DNA of 64,000 bases from Bugula neritina (Eukaryota; Animalia; Bryozoa): assembly GCA_964035545.1 (NCBI GenBank), contig OZ037769.1, positions 8,351,929 to 8,415,928 on the forward strand, read 5' to 3'. Under the pieces are notes generated by a model. The model did no database searches. It saw only the letters and a list, made by a program, of their open reading frames with translations, and was not told the DNA's origin. The position numbers were made by a program, and so were the translations under genes. Below, one piece after another: positions 1-13,767 of the stretch. The first letter of the stretch is position 1. The number at the start of each line of letters is the position of its first letter.

Positions 1-40
1 ACAATCAATATTTAAAATAGTGTTGTTATACTAAACCTAC

Positions 41-3000
41 TGTCTATTGCTCGGTGTAATTCTCCTGTAGTAGCACTGTAATCTAACACCTCAATAGTGT
101 CTGGGTTAGAGCACTTGTTACCATCAAATGTCAAGTACCAGTGGTGACAAAAGTCAGCTCTATTATTATGTCCTCTGACAGCCATGTGGATAATAACTCT
201 CAGTCCTGATTCAGCCCTAGACTTTGGATATGTGGCTATCTGAAAATATTATTAACATAATCTGACTAACAGCTTCTTAAATCTTATAAGTCAACACAAA
301 CCTAGTTTTGTATAAATAAAGAAATATATAATATATTATATATTGACACAATTGCTGTAAATATAAATTTATTTCAGTTACTTTTTAAAAACAACAACTG
401 GATGTTTTCAACAGAATTGTGCATTAAACCTAATACAGTTGCTCAGTACAAACTATTGCTATAGTATATTTTTACAATTGTACATCTTACCATTATGATG
501 CCTTCATCTTTGATATCTTGAAGATCTGTAGACCAATAATGTCTGATGTTTGTGTATTCATTTTTCAACCCACATTCAGTTGATTCCTCACCTGCTGTAG
601 AATTATTCTCAAGTATAATTACTAGAATCAAGATGGTTGTAAAATAGACCTAATGTTATCTTACATAAATGCAATCTAACTTAGTGATTGTGCTTTTTTC
701 AAACATAGAAATTTAACTATAACTATAATCTATAATTATTGCTATATGAAACGGGAATATATATACACTGTTGTTTTAATATTGTTACTTCGGTTTTGTG
801 TACAGGCATAGCTAGACTGCTATGATATGTAAGATCTTGAATCACAGTGAATTTTACCATTGCAAAAAGAGTGAGAGATTAAAAAGCCTTAATTATTTTC
901 AGGAGAACATATTTCTACTTTATTCATAAAATAGTGTGAGTTAATTGAATGCATCGATGCTTTGTTAAAGCACAATTATTTCATAGGTCCCTGTAATATT
1001 GTATTGTGGTTAAACATGAGAATTCACCTACCTAAGCAAATCGGGTTTTCCAAGACAGTCTCTCCACATCCAACCATACAGATTTCTAAATTTGAACAAT
1101 TTCTACCACTGCAGTTTGTCAGCTATCAAACAGAAAAATAGACAAATATTTATGTACATCACAATTGACAAATATATTCAATCAGTATATTAAATCAGTA
1201 AACTAAAAATATACTTTGTGTTTAATATTTCTAAATATAACAATTATTTATAATTTATATTTGCATGCATGTTAGCAGTAGCCCACAATAAAGGACTGAA
1301 TATAGAAAAAAGTATTACAAAATATGTTTAATTACTGGCATACAGTCTTTAAATCATACAAACAAGATAAAATAATAAATTTATAAAAATACTTTTAATA
1401 TGTTTTATTATGCTGGTTTGATTTTAATTAATGTTTAAAAACTGCATAAATCAACAAGCTAAAAGATTATTTGAAATGTAGTCTGTATACTCACTACACT
1501 ACAGTTGTTCCCAATAAATTAGTAGTATAGCAGTATTTTACCCCGAAAAAGGTACCAAATAATTTTAATAAAACGAAATACAATCTAATATAAAAGTTTA
1601 AAGGCACCATCACCTCTGGAATTATTGAGGGAAATTTAGCTTATTTAAATTTGAGTGGGGTTTAAAGCTTACCTCCCCTGTTGCCATTAGCTCCATGAAA
1701 TATCCGTCAACGGAACCATTTTTAGAAGATAAATTCAAAGTAGAAGTTGACCCATTCAATTCATAACACATTCCTAAAACAGCTATGATGTGTCATAATT
1801 ATAGATATGAAATCACCAAACAAATATTTTAGGTGCATCATAAAGATGCATAATTAACCTGATTTCTTAATTGCTAGTGAAAAAGAAATTGAAATAAAAG
1901 TATCGCATTAGCATTATTCTCATTTGTTTATTTACTATAATTATTTTAAGCTACACTTTAAAATATTTTGTTAAGTGCTACATATTTTATTAAATGAATC
2001 CATTGGACCCTAATATTAAAATTTCTTAGTTCACAATTTACACATTTCACACAAATTGCTACTTAAGTAACCGCTAACATAATATGCTACATTTATGTAA
2101 TATAATAAATAATACATATATTACGTAATATATTAAAATAATATTTATTGTATGATGAATTTGTAGAAAATTCTGAAAACAAAGTTCTAGGCAGCTGGCA
2201 ACATACTTTTGTGCCATTTCATGTTAAACTATAAATCATTGAGTGACGAAGACTTTTTGCATTTGCAAATATAAATATTTAAATATTATTATGAACTTTG
2301 CTGATGAAAATATGTGTGTGATTTAATAAAAGTAAGCTTATAAAAAGGTCTACAAAAGGCAAAACATGTTCTTCTCAAATCACAATGCAAATTTAGTTTT
2401 TTTATAGAACTCATTATATATAGTCACAATGTATGCAACAATTCAACGCACATAATATTTTATTACATGCTTATATAATAACAAACACTGTTGTTATATA
2501 TGTAGTTATTGACTTGATATAAATAATTGATGATTATTTTATATAATATGAAAACAAAATTGCTTTTTAATGCAACCTTAGACATCAAACAATATTTTAT
2601 TAATGCAGTTAATGTAGAGAAAAGTGATTATATGACAAAGAAATTAAAACTAAAATAATGATCCATTAAGCATAAATTAGATGTCAATTGTTGTCAAACT
2701 TAATTGCAAAGACAAAGACAGCAAAGCATATATTTGAATTATTGATTTGTTCAAAAGTTTAAGCATTTGTTATAGTATCATGTAACAATTAAAAATAGCT
2801 ATAGGCGATTTGACTTACATGCAGACGCAAACAATCCACTACCACGTGTGTCTATATACACACGCGGTAGGGGGTTGCTTGAGTCTGTAAGTCAAAATTC
2901 CTAGCTTTTCTTAATTGTTGCATGATATTATTATAACAAATACTTGAAATATTAGCAATTGTATCAGTAGCTATAATATGCGCTACGCTAATTTACTGGT

Positions 3001-3835
3001 TGGAAAATAATATTTTGAACTTCCTAGCTTATAGAAGAAAATAATTTTATTTCTATTACATAGCATGATTTTTCATTAACATATAGCTTCTATAATAAGC
3101 AAGTTAATATAACTGCTATCTTTCACCTGCATTGCTTCTAAAAATAGCATTACATTGCAAAGGGAAATTTCTCCAGCAGTTGACTAAACACTCTGTAAGA
3201 CTTCTGGTTGATGATTTTCTGGTTATAAGAGAGCTCTTAGGGTTGAAGTACTGGTCTTTTGATACACTGACAGAGTTTCCACAGTCTGGTAAATCTACAA
3301 AATATCATGTGCAGGATACCAGGCTTAGCATTATCACAGTTTTATTTGATAGGATTTTATTATTTTTAGAACATACAATGTATTATACTGATAGGTGCAA
3401 TCAATCTACCTGAAAATAATATGATTTTCTAGATTCAGCAGAATAACTATACAATAGGTTGCCACATAATACATTCAATGCTTAAACATTTTTAACAGCA
3501 ACTGCAGTATTACTTGGAGTGAGTTAGAAAGTTATGTTGATTCATATGTTACTGAATCTAATCTTGTAGGAAATAATTATTTAATTATGCAAGTGAATTC
3601 TGTAGTCTGGATGGCACAAAAAATACCAGTAAATCTAACTTTTTAGACTGTTTAAAATTTACAATGAAAACAAAACCTAAATTTTAAAACTCATATTGAG
3701 CTGCTTTTCCCATTGATAACTTTATAAGTGATCTATAATGACAGAAACACACTGACCTAATATACCCGTCATAGCTAAATGAAACGATGATGAACATAAC
3801 CAACTGATGAACAGTGTCGTACTGTTCAACTTCAT
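41..3835 (-). CDS. Paralog A (partial, 3' end outside window): secreted PAN/apple + Cys-rich + CTHRC1-C-terminal-domain protein
   Basis: Phase-compatible GT-AG exons: 3835-3757 (MKLNSTTLFISWLCSSSFHLAMTGIL, signal-like); 3294-3127 (DLPDC...SLTECLVNCWRNFPLQCNAIF, PAN-like); 1773-1673 (GMCYELNG...); 1122-1032 (LTNCSGRNCSNLEICMVGC..NPIC); 591-491 (NIRHYWSTDLQDIKDEGII); 239-41 (YPKSRAESGLRVIIH..FCHHWYLTFDGNKCSNPDTIE..LHR). The last resembles CTHRC1 [33 protein letters not shown]..IHR. Confidence 0.85.
2757..2947. repeat. Foldback/palindromic MITE-like element in an intron (second copy ~44762-44947)
   Basis: Nested inverted repeats: ATTTGTTATA/TATAACAAAT, AACAATTAA/TTAATTGTT, TTTGACTTACA/TGTAAGTCAAA, centre CTACCACGTGTG-TCTATATA-CACACGCGGTAG. 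Confidence 0.7.
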
Positions 3836-4423
3836 CCTAAAATGCATGAGTCAACTATTTTAGGTTATGTTATTCAATATAAAAGTTTACATATATTATG
3901 TTGATAATTGCTTATAGTGCTATAATTCTTTTTTGTATAATATTTTAGTAATAACATATATGAACATTTTAACATAGCTAGAATTTTGAATAAATTTATA
4001 TATAGATGTTAATAACTCATTTTCTTTTTAGGATAACTTGGAGCAATTGAGCATAGTTTAATTTGTTTGGTTATGCATAATTTATCTATTTATATTTTTT
4101 TAAATATAATAGTGGTTTTGGAACATGAGAAAAAACATTAGAATTTAAATTTGTTACAATAATTATGATATTTATATCATAACAATTTATGTTATAATTA
4201 TTTTCTAAACTAGCTACTATAAAATTGATTGAATTATTACAGTATCAATATAAGGTTTGAAATTTAACAATAAAATGACAATGATAGAAATTTTCAAATT
4301 TACTTTACAGAAATTTTTTGCAATATATTGAATATTTCAATGCATAAATTAAACGAAAGCTGACCTTTATCCAACAAACCTCTCAACTTTAATTTATTTG
4401 TTATAACTGATATGTGCTAGTTC

Positions 4424-4508
<85 letters not shown>
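4424..4508. repeat. (TA)n microsatellite; empty site for the Penelope-like insertion at 46430-48358
   Basis: Near-pure TA run; its flanks match 46400-46429 and 48411 onward. Confidence 0.95.
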
Positions 4509-4515
<7 letters not shown>

Positions 4516-6357
4516 GTGTCTAATAATGCAACAGTATATAATTGACAGAAAATTGCCTAATAGTTTTTTTTCAATCATATTAAACAATAAATTCATCTTA
4601 ATGTACTATGCAAAAATAAAAGGCTTTAATAAAAATTGTTCAATCTGGTAATTTTTCTATATTTTGAAAAATTCAATGTTTTACAAAATATATGACTCTA
4701 TGATATATCAACAAGAATGTGAAGAAATAATGCGCTTGTTGCTTACTTATGTATAATGAAAAGATACAAACACAAAAATTAGGTATAAATAAGACACCTA
4801 AATATTAAACTAAGCAATGGATAATAAAAGAAATTGTTTATAAAACAGTTTAAAGAAGTTTATAGATTGTAAACGCATAGTGAAATACCTGACTCGACAA
4901 ACAAGAGAAGGCAGATAAAGAGCTGGTTTAATGTGTGTAGACCAACTGCAAGCACCTTCACCAAGAAACTGTGACAGGAATATTGATTTCTATCTGCTGT
5001 CGTAATTTCATTATCTATTGATTGTTTGCATATTTTATAACAACGTTACTCAGCAGTATAATATTGCAATAGCATAATATTTATATATACATACATACCA
5101 TATTCTTTCATGTTTCTGTATTCTGAACAATTAATATTGATGTGTAATATTTTGCTAGTAAATGATTTTCTTTTGAAGATTTGCAGTTATTATAATGACT
5201 GTATTTGATGTCTTATACTCACTAACCACTAACACTGTGATTAACTGTGATAAACCGTGCGGCTAAAAATGTTACTCTCAACAAACCCAACACTACCTCA
5301 CAAGACGGAAGAGGTAGAGAAAATATATGTCATTGACACATTTAAAGTTAATATGAGATGTTTCGGGGGGGGGGGGGGAGTATTTGTGATCCAAAATTAA
5401 AAGATATAACTGCTGATGAGAACAGCATGTGCGCAGCTGAAACTTTTAACTTGCACAAATTTCAGAAAAAAAACTGTTGAAACTATTGATTCAAAAATGT
5501 CTCTGAATGTTTCATTTAAAAATAATCAAGTTTTCAAAGATGAGTTAGGTCTATTAAAAAATTAAACTTGCATACACCAGCTTTCCATAGATCACTCTCA
5601 GACCTTGCATAATATCCTTACCGTCTAAAGCCTAAACCACATGATAAAATAGTGTATTTTTGATTAATAAAACTCTTCATAGCTTGTAAAAGGAATGTCA
5701 TATAATCAACCGTTGTTATATGTAATTACATTTGCTGATTATTAAAACTGCATAGTAATTTTTAAATGATTTATAGCCTTCGCTAATCAAAGTTCTATAA
5801 CCTGTGAACATTGCATTGCATGAACTCTGAGCATGTAGATTTTTTTAGGACTGACATAAACAGTTCTAAACATTGGGTTCAGCCATCAAAGAAAAAAACT
5901 GACAAAACAAACTTAACACAGAGCTGAATGCTGACTATATGATCTCACAGAAAACTAGTACGTGGAATGAAACAAAGAGTACAAATGATCTTATAGCGGC
6001 TTTTTACCTAATTCTTTACTAAAGCATATCTTATAAGAAAGAAGCTCCATATGTTAAAAGTAGTCTGCACCTAGAGGAGAAAAGACAACATTATATGTAG
6101 CAGCTAAATTGGTTTTTATACCAATTTTTTGATGAGATAACTTACAGCAAAATATTATAGCAATGATAAGCAAACTGTCCTTAGTCCTATAAAGATGAGA
6201 AAATAGTAACGTCTTTATCTAAACCACATTATAATTTACTTTTTTAATAAATTTTCCAAACATATTTCATAGATTTAAAAAAGAACAAAATGCTATCGAA
6301 ATTCCCAAATGTTTTGTGTTGGAATTTGAAAAAACCAACTGTTCTTTATGCATGGTA

Positions 6358-7690
6358 GGGGTAACGGGGGGGGGGGGGCACAACGGGCTGAATTTTGCAT
6401 TTGTTGCTCTCATTCGTCTGTTTTTCAAGTTACTAGTTCAATAATTTCTAGTCCTAATGCTGCATCTGTTTTCCATTACAGGTATCAGTTTGTTGTTTCT
6501 ATCTCTTTCACAACTTTCAGAATAATGAAATTTTCATGACGAAAAAATTGGCCCTTTGTGCCCCGATACCGGGGTTCAATGGGCCACTGGGTGGGATGCA
6601 ACAAATATATTGAAATTTTGCGTATTATGTTACATCTGATCTTTATTTATTTATTATTACAAATAAATAAAGATACTCTTTCAGATCTACAGCAAAATTC
6701 ATGTTTTAGCTGTACAGTTTGTGCCACTACGGATAGCAGAGGAAAGCAAAATCAAACGCACATCACTCGGTTCTGCAGTGCCATTATTATTACTGTTTAA
6801 AACTAAAAATGTTGTTTTTTTCACCTAAGAGGAAAGTTTATCAAAAAAAACTTTAGTAACATGCTACAAAATTCCGAGTGGACTTTTTTATATATGAACT
6901 GTAGCTAAGGTGCATGGCTGAGGTTTGTGATTGGAGTACAGAAGAGAGAGGGAGGAGCAAATGAGCAAATCACAATTTATTTTAGTCAAATACATCTATA
7001 TTCCCTCAATGGTGTAATATGTAATGAGTATCATGACTATTTAATAGTAGCAAGTAGCAACAGCAGAGTGTTTTGTATTATGTATAAAATGGCAAAGCTT
7101 TAACTTCACCAGATCTATATATTAGGGGAGCTTCAACTTGTAGTTTTGTAGTCTTACCATGATGCCTTTGATATTTTACAAAAAAATCAGAAATGGCTCT
7201 ATCTATAGATTTTAGTAACATTTCAATGAATTTTTTGGGCAAACAAACTAATAACAGTGATCAGGGTGCAATAATCAGGTGGCCCATTGTGCCCTGGTCA
7301 GCGTGACCCATTGTGCCCCGTGTGGCCAAATTGAAAATAAATGTGCCTCAAGGAAAATCTATTTCAGAGTTTGCTGTTATACTAGTTAAGTAATGTAGAG
7401 ACAAGCAATTGCAACAATATTAGTAAAATATAGGGTTCTTGCCTTTGAGTGTAAAAAGTTATAAAGCTTTAACGACGTCCTAAAAAATTTACAAAAAGTA
7501 GGTAAAGACAGTTTTTTACTCACCTTTTCAACACGTATGCTCCGCAAATGTTGAAACTACAAAGACTGAATAATTATGTCAATATCATTTCATGAAAAAA
7601 AATCACAATTCTAAGTCAATAAGTTCTCTCACAATTTGGCCGGCTTTTTGTACCCCTATGACCGTTGTGCCCCCCCCACCCCGTTACCCC
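6358..7690. mobile_element. Non-autonomous TIR DNA transposon, TA TSD (Tc1/mariner-pogo/Fot1-like), ~1.33 kb
   Basis: TA|GGGGTAACGGGG..GCACAACGG ... CCGTTGTGCCCC..CGTTACCCC|TA. Internal GCCCATTGTGCCC motifs. Absent at the paralogous site (~50240). Second copy at 18169-19486. Superfamily call is inference. Confidence 0.88.
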
Positions 7691-8728
7691 TATCATATAT
7701 CATAAATCAAGACATATAATAATTTGATTAGCATGCAACTTTAAAAAGTAATGAAAATTATATTAATATTTTGAAAATTCAATTTTAAAAAACTGTAGAA
7801 TTAAACTCAGGAACAGGCAACCCCAAACCTAAAACAAACTACCAACACCTGGACTTATTTACCTTTGTGACATCAACACTGCACCAAATCAATCAAAAAA
7901 TAAGACCAACATATTTATGAAAGCTTTTTATAAAAAAAAGATACAAAGTAAAACAGTTGTAACACAGCTGCCACAGTATGGTACTACTCAGACAGCTGTT
8001 ATGACATATTTTAAAACTACTAATAACACATAATCTGAGCATTTTGTTGAAGTTAAGAGCAAACTTGTTTTTTAATAATTGAATTCTAAAATATTATTTT
8101 TTAGTTTAAAATACTTTAACAGCATAGAAAAGATTTGCCATTTTCTATTTGTATAGAGAAGCTTTTTTAGAAAAGATTGAAATGATAATTTATATGTGTA
8201 ATGTTTGTATTTGTTTACTAAAGCTATGTTTATATTATATCCCATGACTTATACCTGCTAGTAGCTTTATATTGTGGAATGTTATAGCGATACAATTATG
8301 CTGTCAAAGTGATTATGTTGTGGTTTTAAAAGTGCTATGTAACTGTTGTGACATACTGTTTGTTTATCAAGTGGGTCAGTTAGCTTCGAGATTTGAGATA
8401 AAAAAGTGTGGTGACAGTAAGAAAGTCGGTAGTAATTTATTGCAGTACTTATCTATACAACACAACAAGCTATTTCGGCCTTTAGTGAAGTGTAGTTGTA
8501 GTACTCCGAGGGAGTTGAGTGGCCAGGAGAGCCTGATGACTAAAGGAGTAATAGTGTAGTAATTCGTGCAATTACTGTGCGTGAGTTTTCTACTTGCGTA
8601 TTTAATTGGCTATTCTACTAGCAATTACTAGGGTAGCTGTCGAGTAATTTATTTTTATTATTCACAATACAATACAAAACGAACATTACATCAAATTACA
8701 CTATAACATCAGTCACTACTAACACATG

Positions 8729-11291
8729 CACAGTTAGTTTAAGGTCATTACTTTCCACATTCAGGCACTGCTTTATGTTATATATAAACGGTTTCCAGGG
8801 GATAGCTCGAACAGTTTTTGTCTCACATTAACAAATTTTACATGAAAAGATAGCTCTTGCATTCCTCTTTCATATACTTTTTTAATTTTTCAATAAAAAA
8901 TTTTCTGAGAAAGTTGTTGCATAATAAGTAAAATTTTACACCCTCCATGTTCCACTGCTGTAGCACAGGGGATTCATTTTATAAAGTCTAAAAGTTAAAC
9001 TTGACATTCCTTAATATGTTTTCTCTAATATACTTTCTTTGTTTTTTGAAATTCTGTTTATGCTCTTCACAATTTGGTAAAAACATACACCATTTTGCAA
9101 GTTTCACTGCAATTATCTAAATTCTTCATATGGTGGTTCTAGCTACGCTCCTGTGACTAATTATAACATTCCTAGTACGTTTGCCGCTCTGCGCTATCAC
9201 AATAACATATAGTACCCTCTCGCACAAATTGGCAATCTATTGGATTTCTGCCAATATAATGTTCCCTGTTTTACATTAGCACTTAGCTGAATCATCTCAC
9301 TATGTTACAATCTATTGACAATGCCTCAGCACAACATAATTCTTTGTTTGTTTGGCAGAGTTAATTTCGGCTAAATCACTTCACTTTGCAGTCTTGTCAG
9401 TAAAGGTCTGTCTATAGTGCAGCAGTTGTACTTCCAGTTTCTCTAATTCACATATGATTATTTTAAGTACATTGTATTCTATAAGATCAATTTAAAGTTT
9501 AGCCCAGTGTTCAGTAGCTAAGTATTATGCATGTATGTTGTCTTACTGTTGAACAAAAGTTAAAAAAAACTTTACAATTATAGCCATATTTATTATACAT
9601 GCGTAGGATTTGCATAAATTGACAAAAAAAAATGCAGCATAATAGGATTGAACCATGACCAACCAGCTTCTCGCTGACGCCTTTAACCTCTGGACCACGC
9701 AGTCGTCGTTAATAAATTGTCAAATATATGAGTAACTATGAGTACATAAATATTTTGCGCGCAAATGGGTTATAATTATTAGGCTGTCAATTCATGTTGA
9801 TAGCAGTCAACTGTTGCAATAGTCTCGGGTTACTAGCAAAGCTAATGGTTTTGAACAAATAACCCAAAAGTTTAAAAATAAGTAGCTTGCGTATTACTAG
9901 CTACAAAAACAGGTCTGAAATAGACTGGTAAAGCAAGCTCTTATTGTAGAGTTTGCAGATGTGCTCTAAAATAAAACTCAAACTGTATGCTATTACATAA
10001 GTATTTGTATGCGAGAGATATAAATGGACATTACTGAGTTTCTGGAAAACAACATACTTGAAGTTAACTTTGACAATGGTGTTTTCTTTTCATCATAGCT
10101 AGCCTATAGCATAAATCTCTAATCATATGAATCTTTATGAAGCCCACAGCTCATGTAAGGGTGGCAATGTAATTTGAAACGAACAATTATGTTGCTGCAT
10201 TGTGTCTAAGGTATATTAGAGAGCAGAATTTGGTTTTACTAGCCTACCCCAACGGCATTCTACAATGCAGCTTATATGCTGGCAGTTGTAATAAGTACAG
10301 CCGATAGCAAGGTTACTATCACTGCTAGCTCTGTGCAGTATGTAACCTCTTGAATAATTGCACCAATTTTAAACTCTTGGAAGTTGGCCAAGTTATCATA
10401 TCGCAGCCAGCCACCGGAGACAAAGCTTCAGAGCTATTCATATAATATTATACTGATGCACTTGGTAGCAGAGTGGCTAATCTAATATAGTTCATAGTTC
10501 AACACCCTTTACTTTGGGAATACAGCCTCTTTTTTTAGGTTTACCTTACAAAGCATGAACATATCTAAACTGATATTCTGATAATTTAGAGGTACATTTT
10601 GAAAACTAGGTTAATTGCACTTGTTTGCACAACAACAATAATAAAATAGATATTATGCAGTATAATAAAAACACACATAATACTATATAATATATTATAA
10701 TGATAATAATATAATATTATAAGTACCATTACTGCATTTTATAAATCACATGGTTGCCAAAAAAATGTATCACAAATTTTGTAATTATACATCAAAAATA
10801 GAACTATAGCTAGGCAGCAGGTTAGAATAGAGTAAATTTTTAAAACATGAAATCATGATTTGACTATTGTTTTATTTAGGCCAACCAACCTAGGAATACA
10901 AGATTGGGTTTTAGCTGACAGTTTATAACATTTAGCTTTTGAGCCAGCAGCACTGGCACTTGTGAAGTATAGGCAAAGTTAGTGAAGCGAGACTAACAAG
11001 CACTCAAATACAAGGCATATTGAGACACAATAACAAGTCAGGAGCGTATAAATTGAAAAGAATGTGGAAGGGGGACTATGTTTTTCAACAAGCTATAACT
11101 TAAACATGAATTGGCTTTTGAAAAAAATAAAAAAGTATATTGGAGAACATAAGTTTCTTTATCTTTTCATATTTTTTTTGTTCCTGTGACATTCAACCTG
11201 TTCGAGCTATCAGTGGAACATTGTTCATATAGAACATAAAGCACCTGGCAAAGAGCCAGAAAATGAAAAGTGTGACCTTAAACTAACTGTG
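8729..11291. mobile_element. Non-autonomous CAC..GTG TIR DNA transposon (CMC/EnSpm-like) inserted in the gypsy 3' LTR
   Basis: Perfect 19-bp TIR CACAGTTAGTTTAAGGTCA / TGACCTTAAACTAACTGTG, with further symmetric motifs (TGCTTTATGTT, GATAGCTCGAACAG). 2-bp TSD TG defined against the intact LTR. Confidence 0.88.
9633..9704 (-). pseudogene. tRNA-like Pol III cassette inside the DNA transposon
   Basis: GACTGCGTGGTCCAGAGGTTAAAGGCG...GGTTCAATCC...TGCA then T9: A box, B box and terminator; cloverleaf degenerate. Confidence 0.5.
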
Positions 11292-11830
11292 TGTTTACAC
11301 TTCAAGCCCTCGCTTACAACAGCGTGATGATTGCTAATTGCCCGGGAACTGTCACATGAGTCGGGAGCATATCTTCCGGTTCTTCTGATTAGGTAATACA
11401 TTGGGGCCTTAGTATTCCCAGAACGGAGAGAGGACGATTTTTATATTAGTACATTGCGTGACCCACTACACCGCCCCCCAGCAGAAAGCCCTACTTTCTG
11501 ATAACACACAAAAAAAACATACAAAAAACAATACAATAATCCAAAAAAATACATACTTAAACCCACAAAAAGAAAGAAGAGAAATATTAATTTATACACA
11601 AGCATATATATAGAAGAAGTAGACGGAGTGGTCGAGTACACACAGCTGGTCAGCTATAGAGAGAGAGGGTGCTATACAGCACGCGGGCCAATGGTCGGGG
11701 AGCTCGTCGCCTCGCGACGATAATACATTCCACCGAAAGGGTGCCTTTCCCAGACATGCTCATTGGGTGAGCTCTGATTCTTGTAGCGAGCGCGATCTGT
11801 GTCGAGCCTGTCAGGCATGTAGCCTCCGCT

Positions 11831-12472
11831 TTAGTTGCCCACTGAGTCCTTCAGCTGGTATAGACCTGTTGTTGTATCCAGCAGGTCGGGAGCAAGTTGT
11901 GTAAACTTGGCTTGTAGTTTTAAAAGCCGCTCTTCTACAGTAGCCAATCGGCTGGGTCCTGGTGAGGTTGTGGCAGTCTCTGGGGTGGGTGGTATCGTGG
12001 TTTCTTCTAAATCGGGGGTATAGCTAAAGTTGGCGGGGGTGGTCGATGGGGGTTTAACCATAGGAGATTTGTGGCGGGCAGACAGTGGTAATACTTGGAA
12101 CCCTGACGCTAACGCAACCAGGGTTATAGCCTTCTTGATGACCGGCTTGACGATGTCCAGATACTGTGGGAAACTGTCCTCGTCTACGATATGGCCCTCT
12201 CCGGCGAAGCAGCTCATTTTATGGACTATCACAGGGTACGGGTATACATCGTGAAACCCGCATGGGCAAAAGTGTAGTAGAAAGTGTGCGTCTACATTCA
12301 GACGCAGGGAGTGGTGTGACAGGCACTCCTCGAAACAGACCTGACAGGTCCGATGGGGTCCACTTGGTCCCCAGGCTTCCTCAATCCTCCTTTCCGTCGC
12401 TGGTTACACCCATCGGTGTCGTCGACGAAGCACCACGGGTAGGCCATTTTCCATCACTGGTTCTTCTTCCAT
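11831..12472 (-). pseudogene. Extra 3' ORF of the gypsy element: tandem Zn-finger-like motifs, Pro/Thr linker, coiled-coil-like tail (one internal TAA)
   Basis: MEEEP..WV*..RTCQVCFEECLSHHSLRLNVDAHFLLHFCPCGFHDVYPYPVIVHKMSC..PPSTTP..RLATVEERLLKLQAKFTQL; single frame, stop at 12404-12406. Confidence 0.6.
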
Positions 12473-13189
12473 GGGTAAAGGGGTTGGCTGGTCCCGTGAC
12501 CGGGAGGTGGTCACTCGAGTGTTATCCTTCGATCCAGAATAGTAAGACATTTTGGAATGAGAGCGGTAAATGATTAGTGTTTAGTGGCACGTCTACTCTT
12601 GACTGCATCAACGTAGGAAAAGACCGGGCAGCGTGGTTGTGAAGCGTGACTAGGGCTTTTTACTTCCAGCGGAAGAATCTCATTCATGATTCTGCCGAGA
12701 CAAAAGTTGATATTTTCGTTGTGTTCACAATTCCCACGTTTCTTTGCCTGTTTTCCCATATGAGACCTCGCTAGACTTTCATAACTGCCGCTTGTTGCGC
12801 GGTCATGTACGAAGTCTCCGAGGAAAACTGGGGGTTGCCTAGTGTGTGGTCCTGAAGGTGTCGTCACTGTGGGAGGCGGTGTGCTCACCCGTGGATTGTT
12901 ATGTCTCACGGGTGGTTTTTCTAGCCTGTTTGTGACGGTTGTTCCTACATTGGTATCTCCGTACGGAGCCCCTCCCACGGGGGGATTTTTGCACTTCCGG
13001 ACCCGTTTCTGGTTCCGGAAGTGGTGGTGGTGGCAGGCCTGTTGTTGGGGGCGGTGGGCACGCTTCCAAGGACGGAAGTGGCCTTTCCTGCCTTGCCAAG
13101 TCTTCCTGAGGGGTCATGGGCGTGTTTCCGGCCAGGACGACAGTCTCCGCTTGCCAAGACCTTCTAGCACAATGCGTCGGCCACCCCGC

Positions 13190-13600
13190 TTCACCAGGGA
13201 GACGGCTATGCTTGTTGGTCTGGCAGATTTCGCACTGTCTCACTCTGCGCCGGATGTCCCGCTTCATGTTTGGCCAGTATCACCGGAGTTGTAGCTTGGT
13301 GACTACCCCCTGGACCCCTGCGTGAGTCTGCTGGTGGGTGTCCCGTATCAACTCTGGTTGTCTGCTGTTGGCGGCCAAAGTCATGGTCAGCAGACCATAT
13401 GGCCCGATCCGCAGGGAGTTCCAACGTTGACAGTACAGCCGTAACTCGGCGCATCCCTGTTTCCGTTGTCTACCACTAGGTCGTCGCCCTTCTTGTTTCG
13501 CTCGGTACACGTCGGCTACCACCCCAGAAAGGTTTTTTTGGAGTTCCGGTAGCTCCCTAAAATTACCAGACCATACAGGTGTGGCGCGGAGGCTCTGGAC
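13190..13600 (-). pseudogene. Pol remnant: connection region and integrase H2C2 zinc-binding domain, no catalytic core
   Basis: LIRDTHQQTHAGVQGVVTKLQLR*YWPNMKRDIRRRVRQCEICQTNK (HHCC pattern, one TGA), followed by unrelated Pro-rich sequence. Confidence 0.8.
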
Positions 13601-13767
13601 GGCCTCCGGGGGCGTGTCAGCCCTCTGTTGGAGTTGGCCCGAGTCCCGTGCTGGCAACGGGGACCGCGGCAGAACTCTGTTCTTCTTCTTCGGGCCCAAC
13701 CTCCTTGTGGGCTGCGGAGTAGGGGCGGTCTCCGCCGCCCGTGGTACCTCACGACGGGCCGCTCTAT

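Larger units (their letters stand above)
1..8196. repeat. Segmental duplication copy 1 (direct repeat of ~41610-50745; homology resumes at 16368-16450 after an insertion)
   Basis: Collinear, highly similar introns, exons and upstream sequence (e.g. 41-240 vs 41648-41847; 7800-8190 vs 50340-50735), differing mainly by TE insertions. Confidence 0.93.

Noticed and set aside
3132-3413. Repeated MLLKIALHCKGK... ORF (also 45128-45400 and 58038-58466)
   Set aside because: Antisense shadow of the PAN exon; similarity among all three copies ends at the splice sites of the opposite strand.
6348-6800. ORFs at 6348-6800 and 18940-19294
   Set aside because: Inside non-autonomous TIR elements, with no transposase motifs.
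8468-8548. CTGATGA on + strand and GGCCGAAA on - strand suggesting a hammerhead
   Set aside because: The two core halves are on opposite strands and cannot form one ribozyme.
8729-8770. CACAGT terminus resembling an RSS heptamer (Transib/RAG-like transposon)
   Set aside because: TSD is 2 bp rather than 5 bp, there is no nonamer at 12/23 spacing, and no transposase ORF.
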